DNA of 64,000 bases. Origin: Acidobacteriota bacterium (GTDB lineage: Bacteria; Acidobacteriota; UBA890; WLXD01). The translations under genes and the position numbers were made by a program. The notes beneath the pieces are model-generated. The model ran no database searches, was not told where the DNA came from, and was given only the letters and a program-made list of their open reading frames with translations. The DNA lies in NCBI GenBank assembly GCA_965205505.1, contig CBDBHB010000009.1:1952001-2016000 (forward strand), read 5' to 3'. Of the stretch, positions 30,647 to 40,623 are shown piece after piece (position 1 is the stretch's first letter; every line of letters starts with the position of its first letter).

Positions 30647-31204
30647 TCAGTAGCCGCGTCGGTACTCGCCGTCGAACACCGTCGCCCAAATCGCGTCGCG
30701 GTCGGCGCGTTGCTCCCAGTGCTGGCGGACGTGGTCGCTCTCGAGCGGTGTCCAAGTGATGCGGCTAGTGCCCGCATCGTCGACCATCCTCATCCGCCCG
30801 TCCTCGAAGCTGCCGTTGATGTACAGCGGCGCTCCGGCGACATCGATCCAGGTCTGGTGCCACTTCCCGCTGGCGTCGTCGTAGAAGTTGTAGCTGGAGC
30901 CGCGATGGCCCGTGCCGCCGCGCCAGCTCTCGTGCAGTGCGCAGCCGCCCAGTACTTTGTCGATGCGATTGCTCCCGACTCGCTGGCCCTGCGGGTTGAA
31001 GACCTCCCAATCCCCGATCCAGAAATCGAACTGCCGATGCTCGGGCGTCGAACACGGAGGCTGTTGTTGCTGCTGCTGCTGCTGCTGTGGGGCACTGACG
31101 GATAATCCGTCGTCGTGCCCGGGCTCGATGTGCCCGGGCGTGCGTGCGGGTGCGGCCGCCACTAGCACGGCGGCGGTGATCAGGACGGTATGTCGAATTC
31201 GCAT
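30647..31204 (-). CDS. Secreted hypothetical protein (DUF1579-like beta-barrel) with a poly-Gln linker
   Basis: Signal peptide MRIRHTVLITAAVLVAAA, Q9 tract, CSTPEHRQFDFWIGDW, WHQTWID, FDGEY. Confidence 0.75.
   Translation of the reverse strand: MRIRHTVLITAAVLVAAAPARTPGHIEPGHDDGLSVSAPQQQQQQQQQPPCSTPEHRQFDFWIGDWEVFNPQGQRVGSNRIDKVLGGCALHESWRGGTGHRGSSYNFYDDASGKWHQTWIDVAGAPLYINGSFEDGRMRMVDDAGTSRITWTPLESDHVRQHWEQRADRDAIWATVFDGEYRRGY
31061..31087 (-). repeat. CAG/CAA trinucleotide run encoding nine Gln
   Basis: ctgttgttgctgctgctgctgctgctg on the + strand. Confidence 0.9.
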
Positions 31205-31235
31205 GATGATGCTCTCGGGGATGCGTTGCGCGCGC

Positions 31236-31688
31236 CTACGACGCCATGCCTTTGTCGGACAGCTCTCGTTCAGCGTCGGCCGATTTCGGCAGGTTCTCCA
31301 GGCCCATGCCTCGCAGAACCCCGGGTGTCTTGCTGAACTGGATGTTGGCGTACTCCACGATCTGAATGTGGTTTCCCCAGGGGTCTCGGAACTCCGGTCC
31401 CGGAGATGGAAGGATCTCAACGTCGAGGCTTGCCAGGTGCGCGCGAGCGAGCTCCATGTTGTCGACGACGAGGCCGAAGTGCCTTTCCTCGTCGGGCTGT
31501 CGTGAGGCGCTCTCTGCGAGGGCGAGGAACTGGTCGCCCATATCCAGAAACGCCATGTGCTCGAACCGGTTGCGGAACTCGAGCTCGAAGATCCGACCAT
31601 AGAAGTCGAGCGCTTCATCCAAGTTGTCGACCTCCAGCACGACATGGTTGATGCCGACCATCCGTACCTTGTGAGTTGTGTCGCTCAT
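31236..31688 (-). CDS. VOC (glyoxalase) family protein
   Basis: INHVVLEV..LDEALDFY, HFGLVVD, FRDPWGNHIQI. Confidence 0.88.
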   Translation of the reverse strand: MSDTTHKVRMVGINHVVLEVDNLDEALDFYGRIFELEFRNRFEHMAFLDMGDQFLALAESASRQPDEERHFGLVVDNMELARAHLASLDVEILPSPGPEFRDPWGNHIQIVEYANIQFSKTPGVLRGMGLENLPKSADAERELSDKGMAS

Positions 31689-31970
31689 ATGCGTTCCCTC
31701 GGCCGAGCCAAAGCAAGCAAATGGGATTGTGTCCTAAACGCGGTAGCGGAGTCAGCGCTTCCACACACGCGCCACGGTTGGATTGCTGCCCCCTTTTCTG
31801 AGCCTTGGAGCGGTGAAGACTATCATCGCGATCCCTTGTTCCGATCGCAAAGAACATGTGCTAGCTTGCGCCACAGCTACGGGGCTCGGCCGGGCTTGGG
31901 GCTCCCCTACGGCCAAGGCGGGCCGAGTGGCGCGCTGCTGCTTCTGCCCCGGCGAAATGAGGAGATTGCG

Positions 31971-33962
31971 ATGAAGTTCACCGACCGTGAGCTCGGGATG
32001 GATCGCGCCATCACGCGGCGCGATTTTCTCAATGGCGCCAGCGTCGCGATCGGTGGTGCAGGTGCGATAGGCGCGATGCGCCCGGCCGACGCCCACGCGG
32101 CGAGCGACTCGAGCGTCGCGACGTCTCCGAAACGCGGCTTCCAGGATGCCGATGAGCACTATCCGCCGGGTCTGACCGGAATGCGGGGTAGCCACGAGGG
32201 CTCGTTCGAGGTGGCGCACGAGATGCGCTACGGCAAGACCTGGGACAACCCAGAGGATACGGGCGAAATCTACGACCTGATTGTCGTGGGCGGAGGGTTG
32301 AGCGGCCTGGCAGCGGCGTATTACTTCAAGAAGGCGCTGCCGGAATCGAAGGTGCTGGTGCTCGACAACCATGACGACTTCGGCGGGCACGCCAAGCGCA
32401 ACGAGGTCATGGTCAACGGTCACCAGATCATCGGTACCGCGGGTACATCGTACATCACCGGTGCATATACGCCGGAGGGCGAGACGCTGCTCGAGGAGAT
32501 CGGTATCGATCCCCATCGTTTCCATAAGCTCGGCGGCGAACGAGGCGTACTGGCCGGCGAGTACGGCTTGATGAACGCGGTGTTCTTCGACGAGGAGAAC
32601 TTCGGCGAGGACCGACTCGTGGTGGGCGTCCCGGGCCGACGGGCCAGCGGTGCGCCACCCCTTTCGTGGGCCGAGTTCCTCGCCAAGACGCCCCTCCCTC
32701 GGCAGGGGCAACAGGACATCGTCGACCTGTACGAAAGCCCGCGTGACTACATGCCGGGCGCGAGTGTCGACGAGAAGGTCCGCCGCCTCAAGAAGATGAG
32801 TTACAGAGACTTCCTCGTTGACCTCGTCGGGGTGGATGCCAGCGTCGTCAAGTACTTCTGGCATAGCCCGGATTCCAACGGCGTCGCCGGCATCGACACG
32901 CAGAGCGCCTGGGGAGCGTTCCGATCGGGATGGGTTCCCGGACTCGACGCGATGGGGCTCGAACGGCCGCCGCGCAACTGGCTCGAGGGACACGACAACC
33001 CGTGGGAGGGAATCAAATTTCCGGATGGCAACGCCGGGATCGCGCGGCTGATCGTTCGCTGGCTGATCCCGGACGCGCTACCGGGAACCACGATGGAAGA
33101 CTCGGTCGCCGCGCACGTCCGCTACGGGGAGCTCGACAAGCCGAGCAATGCGGTGCGCATCCGTCTGAGCAGCACGGTGGTCAACGCCCGACATCGTGGC
33201 GAGCGCCGCACCGCCGGCGAGGTGGAGGTGACCTACGTGCAAGACGGCAAGGCGCGCCGCGTCCGCGGTGGCACCTGCGTCATGGCCTGCTACAACGCCA
33301 TGATCCCGTATTTGTGCCCTGACTTCCCGCAGGAGCAGAAGACGGCGCTGAAGTGGGCGGTTCGTAAGCCTTATGTCTCGACCAACGTCGTGCTACGAGA
33401 CTGGCGCGCATTTCACGAGCTCGGCATCGCCCGCATTAGCTGTCCGTTGGGCTACCACCAATCAATCTCGCTCAGTGACTGGGCTCCGAGCATCGGTGAT
33501 TACGAGCGCTCCCAAAACCCCGAGCACCCGATGAACCTTCACCTGTCGTTCGTCCCGATCAAGCCGGGGTTGCCGCCGAAGGACCAGTTCCGGGCCGGAC
33601 GCGAGGAGCTGCTGGCGACGACGTTCGAAACTGTCGAGCGCAAAACCCGCGATCAGCTCGCTCGTGCCCTCGACGGCAGCGGGTTCGACCCGGTGCGCGA
33701 CATCGAGGCGATTATTTGCAACCGCTGGCCGCACGGCTACGCGGGCGCAGCGAACGACCTCTACGATCCCGACTGGGGCTACGACGAGGCGCCCTGGGTG
33801 ATGGGTCGCAAGCGCTTCGGGCGCATCGCGGTGGCCAATTCTGACGCAGCGGCGACCTGTCTCACACAGGCGGCGTTCGACCAGGCGCACCGCGCGGTGC
33901 AGGAGCTGGTCACCGACGTCATTCGCCCGGAGTTCCAGTATCCGTGGGCGGAGCGTACCTGA
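31971..33962 (+). CDS. Tat-exported FAD oxidoreductase, spermidine dehydrogenase (SpdH)-like
   Basis: ITRRDFLNG Tat motif, YPPGLTGMRGSHEGSFEVAH, VGGGLSGL, DNHDDFGGHAKRNE, FPDGNA, NRWPHGY; GAGGAG RBS. Confidence 0.85.
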   Translation: MKFTDRELGMDRAITRRDFLNGASVAIGGAGAIGAMRPADAHAASDSSVATSPKRGFQDADEHYPPGLTGMRGSHEGSFEVAHEMRYGKTWDNPEDTGEIYDLIVVGGGLSGLAAAYYFKKALPESKVLVLDNHDDFGGHAKRNEVMVNGHQIIGTAGTSYITGAYTPEGETLLEEIGIDPHRFHKLGGERGVLAGEYGLMNAVFFDEENFGEDRLVVGVPGRRASGAPPLSWAEFLAKTPLPRQGQQDIVDLYESPRDYMPGASVDEKVRRLKKMSYRDFLVDLVGVDASVVKYFWHSPDSNGVAGIDTQSAWGAFRSGWVPGLDAMGLERPPRNWLEGHDNPWEGIKFPDGNAGIARLIVRWLIPDALPGTTMEDSVAAHVRYGELDKPSNAVRIRLSSTVVNARHRGERRTAGEVEVTYVQDGKARRVRGGTCVMACYNAMIPYLCPDFPQEQKTALKWAVRKPYVSTNVVLRDWRAFHELGIARISCPLGYHQSISLSDWAPSIGDYERSQNPEHPMNLHLSFVPIKPGLPPKDQFRAGREELLATTFETVERKTRDQLARALDGSGFDPVRDIEAIICNRWPHGYAGAANDLYDPDWGYDEAPWVMGRKRFGRIAVANSDAAATCLTQAAFDQAHRAVQELVTDVIRPEFQYPWAERT

Positions 33963-34240
33963 CGTTCTTCGGCGAACAGCAGAGCCAGTGCGTTCCCTCG
34001 GGTCGTCGCTCAGCCAGTAGCCGCAGACGCTGGCGGTGCCGAAACGGCTGCAACTCCTCGTACTGGTAGCTCGACAACTTCGCCGCGTCGTCGACACAGG
34101 GGATGCTGGCTATCCGGTGTGTGGCGGCCAGGCGAGCGGCGAGCAACTCACCAGTACCGGCATGCACGAAGTCGTGTACCTCGATGATCAGGTCGTGGTC
34201 GCGCAGGGCCAACACGACGGCCTGGTCAGGAAACAAGAGA
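33960..34240 (-). pseudogene. Fragment resembling the C-terminus of an FkbM-like methyltransferase
   Basis: DLIIEVHDF...RLAATHRI...LLAERRP...WL; no N-terminal SAM-binding part. Confidence 0.35.
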
Positions 34241-34393
34241 ATTCACGAGGCATTATACATTGTGCAACGCAGCCGGTCGATCGGAGTCTTGACATCGTCT
34301 TGCTGTTTCGCGCGGCAGGGATCACCGTGCACTGGACGATGGGTGGTTACGGAGATACCGTCAGGGCGAGTGCCAACTTGGAGGTGATCTGAA

Positions 34394-36793
34394 ATGGCGG
34401 ATTACAAGCTGCTCGGCAAGAGCTACACGCCCCCGGATTTGGTGGCCAAGGTTCAAGGGAAGGCGAAGTACGCCGAGGACTTCCGTGCCGAGGGGATGCT
34501 GTTCGCTAAGCTACTGGTCAGCCCGATGCCGCACGCGCGCGTGCGTCGTATCGATGCGAGCCGGGCGTTGGCCATGCCCGGCGTGGAAGGCGTGTTGACC
34601 GCCGACGATCTTCCAGAAGTGCCGCCGCACCGCGAGCCGGCGCTTACCAACGAGCCACTGTACGAAGGCGCGCCGATCTTGGCTGTTGCGGCAGTCGACG
34701 AGACCACTGCTGCCAATGCGATCGAGCTGATCGATGTCGATCTCGAGCCGTTGCCGTTCGTCATCGACCCGCTGGATAGCTTGCGGCCCGATGGTGTCGA
34801 CGCGCGATCCGAGGGCAACGTCTACGGCGGCCGTGAATTCCACACCATCAAGTGGACGGAGGAGGATTTCGCCGAGGCCGACGAGGATCGCTTGCCGATG
34901 GGCGAGCCGTTTTTCGAGTGGACGAACGGTGACCTCGAGGAGGGGTTCGGCATCGCTGACGTCGTGCTGGACGAGACGATCACTCACCAGTCGTTGACTC
35001 ATCATCCGCTCGAGCCGCGTAGCGCCATGGCGTACTGGCAAAACGGCAAGCTTTACTTGCACGCCTCTACGCAGAGCACCGCCAACAGCGCTCCGGGATC
35101 GGCGCGAGCCTGTGGTGTGGAGCCCGAAGACCTGGTGCTGGTCGCCGAGTACTGTGGCGGCGGGTTCGGCAGCAAGATCGGTGGCTCGGTCAACTTGCCG
35201 GTGGCGGCGCTGCTCTCCAAACAGACCGGTCGCCCGGTGATGCTCCGCGTGACACGTGCCGAGGAGAACTACTTCGGCATGGCGCGACCGGGTTTCCAGG
35301 GTCGCGTCAAGGTGGGGTTCCGCGCCGACGGACGCATGACGGCGCTCGATTTCTACGTTGTCCAGGACAACGGCCCCTATCTGGGCGAGGCGGACTACTG
35401 GATTGCCGGCGAGATGGCGTCGCTCACCTACACGCCGCTTTCGATGCGCTTCCGTGCTGTCCCGGTGGTGACCAACACGCCGCCGCGGTCGGCGCAGCGG
35501 GCCCCTGGTGGGGTGCAGGCAACGGCGATGTTGGAGCCGGTTGTCGACCGGGCGGCGCGTCAGCTGGGGATCGACCGACTGGAGATTCGTCGAATCAACG
35601 CCCCAGACGCAACCAGCACGTACGGCTCGGGGCAGGGGAGCCTGTCGAGCGTCTACGCTCGGGAGGCACTCGAACGCGGCGTTGAGCTATTCGACTGGGA
35701 GGCTCAGAAAGCGCTCAGTGGGCAACGTCGTGGTACCAAGGCGACCGGTACCGGTGTGGTGCTCAGTCCGTTCTACGCCGGCAGCAGTGGATGGGATGCG
35801 TTGCTGGTGATTCGGCCGGACGGCAAGCTCTACATCCACCAGGGTGTCGGCAACTTGGGCACCCACTCGACGTTCGATACGGCGCGCACGGCGGCCGAGG
35901 TGCTGGATCTTCCCTGGGAGCAGTGCGAGGTAGTTTGGGGCAGCACCGCTCGACACTTGCCGAACACCGCGTCGCAGTCGGGCAGCCAGACGACCTGGGC
36001 GCACACGCGAGCCAACTACGTGGCCGCGCTACACGCCAAGGCATTGCTGCAGGAGATCGCGGCGCGTGATCTCGGCGGCTCTGCCGCTAACTACGACGTC
36101 GGTGGCGGCAGGGTATACGCGCGTGCCAATCGGAGCCGTGGGATGAGCTTCGCGCAAGCGGCCCGTCGTGCCATCGATCTGGGAGGCAAGTACAGCGGCC
36201 ACGAGCGCGCAGAAGACCTCGACGAGATGACGGTACGGTCGGTCGAAGCGCTCGCCGGCGAGGGGTTGATCGCGGCGACCAAGGACACCCTGCCGCACGA
36301 CGGCGATACCCTCTCGTTCGTGGCGGGGTTCGCGCGAGTCGAGGTCGACGTTGAGACTGGCCACGTCGATATCGTCGACTATCGGTGCGTCGCCGATTGC
36401 GGCACCGTGATACATCCGCGCGGCCTCGGGGCACAACTGTTGGGAGGAGCGATCCAAGGCTTTGGTGTCGCCCGCAGCCACAAGTGGGTATACGACCCGA
36501 AATGGGGCGTGCCGTTCACCAAGGGCTTCCATGCAGCAAAGCCGCCGACGATCCTCGACGTACCGCTCGATGTCCAATGGGAGGCCGTGAACCTGCCGGA
36601 CCCCTCGAATCCTATCGGCGCCAAGGGCATCGGCGAAGCGTCGATGCCGGCGGGCGCCGCGGCGGTCGCCTGTGCGATTCAGGACGCCATCGGCGGTGCA
36701 GCATTCAACCGTACGCCCATTACCACCGACATGGTGCTGGCGGCGCTCCAGGAAGAGCGTCAGCCGCACGGCGCGCTGACCCAGCACGTCTAG
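34394..36793 (+). CDS. Xanthine dehydrogenase/aldehyde oxidase family molybdopterin-binding subunit
   Basis: AKVQGKAKYAED, SPMPHAR, HHPLEP, GGGFGSK, QRAPG, SGSQ, DCGTVIHP, AKGIGEA. Confidence 0.92.
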   Translation: MADYKLLGKSYTPPDLVAKVQGKAKYAEDFRAEGMLFAKLLVSPMPHARVRRIDASRALAMPGVEGVLTADDLPEVPPHREPALTNEPLYEGAPILAVAAVDETTAANAIELIDVDLEPLPFVIDPLDSLRPDGVDARSEGNVYGGREFHTIKWTEEDFAEADEDRLPMGEPFFEWTNGDLEEGFGIADVVLDETITHQSLTHHPLEPRSAMAYWQNGKLYLHASTQSTANSAPGSARACGVEPEDLVLVAEYCGGGFGSKIGGSVNLPVAALLSKQTGRPVMLRVTRAEENYFGMARPGFQGRVKVGFRADGRMTALDFYVVQDNGPYLGEADYWIAGEMASLTYTPLSMRFRAVPVVTNTPPRSAQRAPGGVQATAMLEPVVDRAARQLGIDRLEIRRINAPDATSTYGSGQGSLSSVYAREALERGVELFDWEAQKALSGQRRGTKATGTGVVLSPFYAGSSGWDALLVIRPDGKLYIHQGVGNLGTHSTFDTARTAAEVLDLPWEQCEVVWGSTARHLPNTASQSGSQTTWAHTRANYVAALHAKALLQEIAARDLGGSAANYDVGGGRVYARANRSRGMSFAQAARRAIDLGGKYSGHERAEDLDEMTVRSVEALAGEGLIAATKDTLPHDGDTLSFVAGFARVEVDVETGHVDIVDYRCVADCGTVIHPRGLGAQLLGGAIQGFGVARSHKWVYDPKWGVPFTKGFHAAKPPTILDVPLDVQWEAVNLPDPSNPIGAKGIGEASMPAGAAAVACAIQDAIGGAAFNRTPITTDMVLAALQEERQPHGALTQHV

Positions 36794-37962
36794 CTTGGAG
36801 GGACGGAGGGCAAGAGCCCGTTGTCCAGCAGATGGTCCGCCGTGTGGCGTGCGCGTAGCTCGTTGCTGAAGTGGTAGCCGTCGACGAAGTACTGCCCATC
36901 GTCGGGCATGAGCTCGGCCATATCGAGCAGCGTCGCGGCGGTGCTGTTTGAACCGAGCGATTTCAACACAGTGTTCTGTTGCCCGATGGCGCGCTGATAC
37001 TCGGGTGTAGCCAAACGGGTCTCATGGACGAAGGATGGCGCGTAGGCGAACGTCGTAAGCACGACGGCCACCTCGTTGGCGGCGGCAACCTCGACCAGGC
37101 TAGTGAGGTTGCGTTCGAAATACTCTGCCCCGTTCTGGGTCAGCATCTGACTGGCCGAGGTCGTCTGGAACACGCCGACGGGGTACCGACCGTCGCGCAT
37201 CTGCACCCAGAAATCGAACGCCCGGGACGTTTCCGGCGGCGCTCCGAACGCCCGGCGGAGCGACGTCTGGGGCTCGGTGAGTCCGAAGCGCAACATCAAC
37301 ATTCGCACCAAGGTGCTGTGTTCCCATATCGAGGGCGAACGGCCGCTCCACGACAGCCCGTTGTGCCCGGAATTGTCGCCGCGGAAAGCCTCCGGCGGCC
37401 ATACGAGCCTCGGGTGGATATCGTTGAAGCCGTGGTACACGATGATCAGATCTGGCGCCAGATCCAAGGTTCGGGACTGGAAGTTGATCAACGTCTCGAG
37501 CGTCCCGTATCCGGGCACGCCTGCATTGATGACCTGCGCGGAGGCGAAGCCACGCTCGTTAAGCTGAGTTTGGAGCGCTCGAGGGTAGGAGTCGTGGAAG
37601 TCGTCTACACCGCCGGAGTAGACGGTGGATCCGCCGAGGCAGACAATCCGGAACACGGACTCTGGCTTGTCGCGGCCGATCTCCTCGCCGCGGAAGCCGA
37701 GCGAGTTGTGCTGGTTGGGGCCACGTCGGTACCCTTGTGTCGGCACGTAGCCGAGGTAACGGTGGGGTGAGAACTTGGGAACCGATTCCGGCCGATCGAG
37801 TGCCTGCGGAATCGAGGCGTACCACGTGACCTGTTCCGGGGTCGCCAAATAACGTAGGAATAGCCGCGCCGAGACCTCCACTAAGATGAAGCCGAGACCG
37901 AGTGACAGGCACATGAGAAAGAGCCGTGCCAGCAGGCGTTCGGAGTAGGCTTGGGCGCGCAT
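36790..37962 (-). CDS. Membrane-anchored SGNH/GDSL hydrolase
   Basis: N-terminal TM helix, CLGGST, INAGVPGY, GFND, DGYH. Confidence 0.85.
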   Translation of the reverse strand: MRAQAYSERLLARLFLMCLSLGLGFILVEVSARLFLRYLATPEQVTWYASIPQALDRPESVPKFSPHRYLGYVPTQGYRRGPNQHNSLGFRGEEIGRDKPESVFRIVCLGGSTVYSGGVDDFHDSYPRALQTQLNERGFASAQVINAGVPGYGTLETLINFQSRTLDLAPDLIIVYHGFNDIHPRLVWPPEAFRGDNSGHNGLSWSGRSPSIWEHSTLVRMLMLRFGLTEPQTSLRRAFGAPPETSRAFDFWVQMRDGRYPVGVFQTTSASQMLTQNGAEYFERNLTSLVEVAAANEVAVVLTTFAYAPSFVHETRLATPEYQRAIGQQNTVLKSLGSNSTAATLLDMAELMPDDGQYFVDGYHFSNELRARHTADHLLDNGLLPSVPPS

Positions 37963-38057
37963 TGTCGTAGCTCCCGAGTTGAAGCCGTCACGCACGGTTG
38001 CTTCCAGCGTGCCAGCAGAAAATGAAACGATCGTTGCCAGACTACGATTTCGTTCGC

Positions 38058-39635
38058 GTGAAGATCAAAGGTAGGGCCCCAGCTAGACTGCGAGCGACTT
38101 CGATCGTCGTGGCGGTACTTGCAGCGGCTAGCCCGGAGGTAGGCGCGTTGGATCAGGCGCCCCCTGAATCTGTACCCTTTCAACTGCTGGAGGCCACCGT
38201 CTCGGAGCTGCAGGCTGCGATGGCGGCGGGCTCGACCACGTCGCACGCGCTCGTCGAAGCCTATTTGGCACGCATTGACGCGTACGACCAGGCCGGGCCG
38301 AAGCTCAACGCCATCCTCGCCATCAACCCGAGGGCAGTCGAGGAGGCGACGGCGCTCGATGAGGAAAGGGCACGACAGGGCGCCAGAGGGCCCCTGCATG
38401 GGATCCCGGTGATCCTCAAGGACAACTACGACACATTCGATATGCCGACTACTGCGGCATCCAAGGCGTTGGAAGGGTCGATGGCGCCTGACGACTCGTT
38501 TCAGGCTCGCAGGCTGCGCGAGGCTGGGGCCATCATCCTGGCGAAGGCGAATCTGCACGAGCTGGCTTGGGGTTGGGAGACGTTCAGCTCACTCGGGGGA
38601 CAGACGCTGAACCCGTATGACTTGAGCCGTAATCCGGGGGGTTCCAGCGGCGGCACGGGCGCTGCGATCACGGCGAACTTCGCGGCCGTGGGCATGGGCA
38701 CCGATACCTGCGGCTCGATCCGCGTGCCCGCCTCGCACAACAACCTCGTCGGCATCCGCCCGACGCGCGGGCTGTCGAGCGTTGACGGAATCGTTCCCCT
38801 GGCGCTCACGCAAGATACCGCCGGGCCGCTGGCACGCAGCGTCGAGGACGTGGCCATCGTGCTCGACGCCACCGTTGGCTTTGACCCGAAGGATCCGGTG
38901 ACGGCGCTCGGCGTGGGAAATGTTCCCGATACCTACACGCGCTTTCTGGCATCCGATGCGTTGCAGGGATCGCGCATCGGGATCTTCCGGGAGCTGTTCG
39001 GTGAGACCGACGCCGATCAGGTGGTCAACGATATCGTGCGCCGGGCGGCGGGCGACATGGCGGCGCAGGGCGCCGAGTTGGTTGCGGTGGGCAGCGCCGC
39101 GATCGTCGATATCCTGGTGTTGCCCGACCTGGAGATCCCCGAGTTCCGTGCCCATTTGGAGGGCTACCTGGCTGCCACGCCGGATGCGCCAGTCAAGACG
39201 CTGCGCGAGATCGTCGAGTCCGGGCTGGCTCACCCGGGCGTGCTCCGCTATCTCCAGCGGTCACTCGACTCCGACGGCCTCGCCGGCGCGGAGTACAAGG
39301 ACATGTTGATTCGTCGCGACGAGCTCAGGGTCAGGATCTTGGCGCTGATGGCGGAGCATCAGCTCGAGGCGCTGTTGTATCCGACCGTCAACGAGCCGCC
39401 GGCTCCCATCGGTCCGGAGCAGGGCGGAGCGATGCCCAATTGCGACCTCAGCGCCCGGTCCGGGTTGCCGGCGATCACCGTGCCGGCGGGGTTTACGGTG
39501 GACGGACTACCGGTCGGCGTGGAGCTGCTGGGGCGCGAGTTCGATGAGCCGACCTTGATTGCGCTGGCCTACGCCTACGAGCAGGCGACGCGCCATCGCC
39601 GGCTGCCGGATACGACACCAGCGCTGTCTCAATAG
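38058..39635 (+). CDS. Amidase signature family protein, probably secreted (start uncertain)
   Basis: GPLHGIPVILKDN, PGGSSGG, GTDTCGSIRVPA, GLPVG. Confidence 0.92.
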   Translation: MKIKGRAPARLRATSIVVAVLAAASPEVGALDQAPPESVPFQLLEATVSELQAAMAAGSTTSHALVEAYLARIDAYDQAGPKLNAILAINPRAVEEATALDEERARQGARGPLHGIPVILKDNYDTFDMPTTAASKALEGSMAPDDSFQARRLREAGAIILAKANLHELAWGWETFSSLGGQTLNPYDLSRNPGGSSGGTGAAITANFAAVGMGTDTCGSIRVPASHNNLVGIRPTRGLSSVDGIVPLALTQDTAGPLARSVEDVAIVLDATVGFDPKDPVTALGVGNVPDTYTRFLASDALQGSRIGIFRELFGETDADQVVNDIVRRAAGDMAAQGAELVAVGSAAIVDILVLPDLEIPEFRAHLEGYLAATPDAPVKTLREIVESGLAHPGVLRYLQRSLDSDGLAGAEYKDMLIRRDELRVRILALMAEHQLEALLYPTVNEPPAPIGPEQGGAMPNCDLSARSGLPAITVPAGFTVDGLPVGVELLGREFDEPTLIALAYAYEQATRHRRLPDTTPALSQ

Positions 39636-39657
39636 AACCGAACTACTAAGAGGGATC

Positions 39658-40554
39658 ATGAGAGGACAAGCGGCGTTCTTGCTGATGGCGCTCGTGTTGA
39701 TTGCGACGCCGGCGTTGGCGCAGGAGGAGGAAGACTTCAGCGCCGTCGAGATTCGTACCACGCGGCTGAGTGATTCGATCTACATGCTAGAAGGCAGCGG
39801 CGGCAATATCGGTGTGTGTATCGGCGACGACGGCACCTTCATCGTCGACGACCAGTTCGCGCCCCTCACCGACAAGATCACCGCGGCGATCGCGCAGCTG
39901 ACCGACCAACCGGTGGAGTTCGTGATCAACACCCACTGGCACTACGACCACACCGACGGCAACGAGAACTTCGGTGAGGCGGGCGCGTTGATCGTCTCGC
40001 ATGAGAACAGTCGCCGCCGTATGGAGACCGACCAGTTCCTCGAGCTGTTCGATCGGCCGCAGCCGGCGTATTCGGCCGCCGGATTGCCGAAGATCACCTT
40101 CACCCGCTCGATGAGCTTCTATCTCAACGGGGAGAGCATCGACGTGTTTCACCGTGGCGCGGCCCATACCGACGGTGACGCGGTGATCTACTTCCGCACC
40201 ACCAACATCGTGCACTCCGGCGACGTATTCGTCCGCTACGGGTTTCCGTATATCGACCAGCCGAACGGCGGCTCGATCGAGGGGATGATCCGTACGGTCG
40301 ATTACCTCGCCAGCATTACCGACGCGGATACGAAGTTCATTCCTGGCCACGGGCAGCTCTCGACCCGCGATGACCTGCTCGCGTACGGAGCCATGTTGCG
40401 CACCATTCGGGATCGCGTTCAGGCGCTGATGAACCAGGGTAGATCGCTCGATCAGGTGATCGCCGCGAACCCCACCGCCGGGTATGAGGAACGTGGCACT
40501 GCCCGCGCGGATTTCGTCAAGATCGTCTACGACAGCCTGCGCTCCCGAGAGTAG
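39658..40554 (+). CDS. Secreted MBL-fold metallo-hydrolase (cyclase-like)
   Basis: Signal peptide, NTHWHYDHTDGN, AHTDGD, HSGD, IPGHG. Confidence 0.9.
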   Translation: MRGQAAFLLMALVLIATPALAQEEEDFSAVEIRTTRLSDSIYMLEGSGGNIGVCIGDDGTFIVDDQFAPLTDKITAAIAQLTDQPVEFVINTHWHYDHTDGNENFGEAGALIVSHENSRRRMETDQFLELFDRPQPAYSAAGLPKITFTRSMSFYLNGESIDVFHRGAAHTDGDAVIYFRTTNIVHSGDVFVRYGFPYIDQPNGGSIEGMIRTVDYLASITDADTKFIPGHGQLSTRDDLLAYGAMLRTIRDRVQALMNQGRSLDQVIAANPTAGYEERGTARADFVKIVYDSLRSRE

Positions 40555-40623
40555 TGGCGATTCGCCAGGCAACTGTGGCGATGCTCGAACCTGGCGGTTG
40601 AGGCAGACGAGGGTGATTGTCGG

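Noticed and set aside
31205-31645. N-terminal extension of ORF 30647..31645
   Set aside because: Overlaps the VOC gene in another frame; the real start with a signal peptide is at 31204
37962-37977. 16-nt match (TCGGGAGCTACGACAA) between the SGNH upstream region and IS3 orfA
   Set aside because: A match of this length is expected by chance in a 64-kb two-strand self-comparison and does not extend
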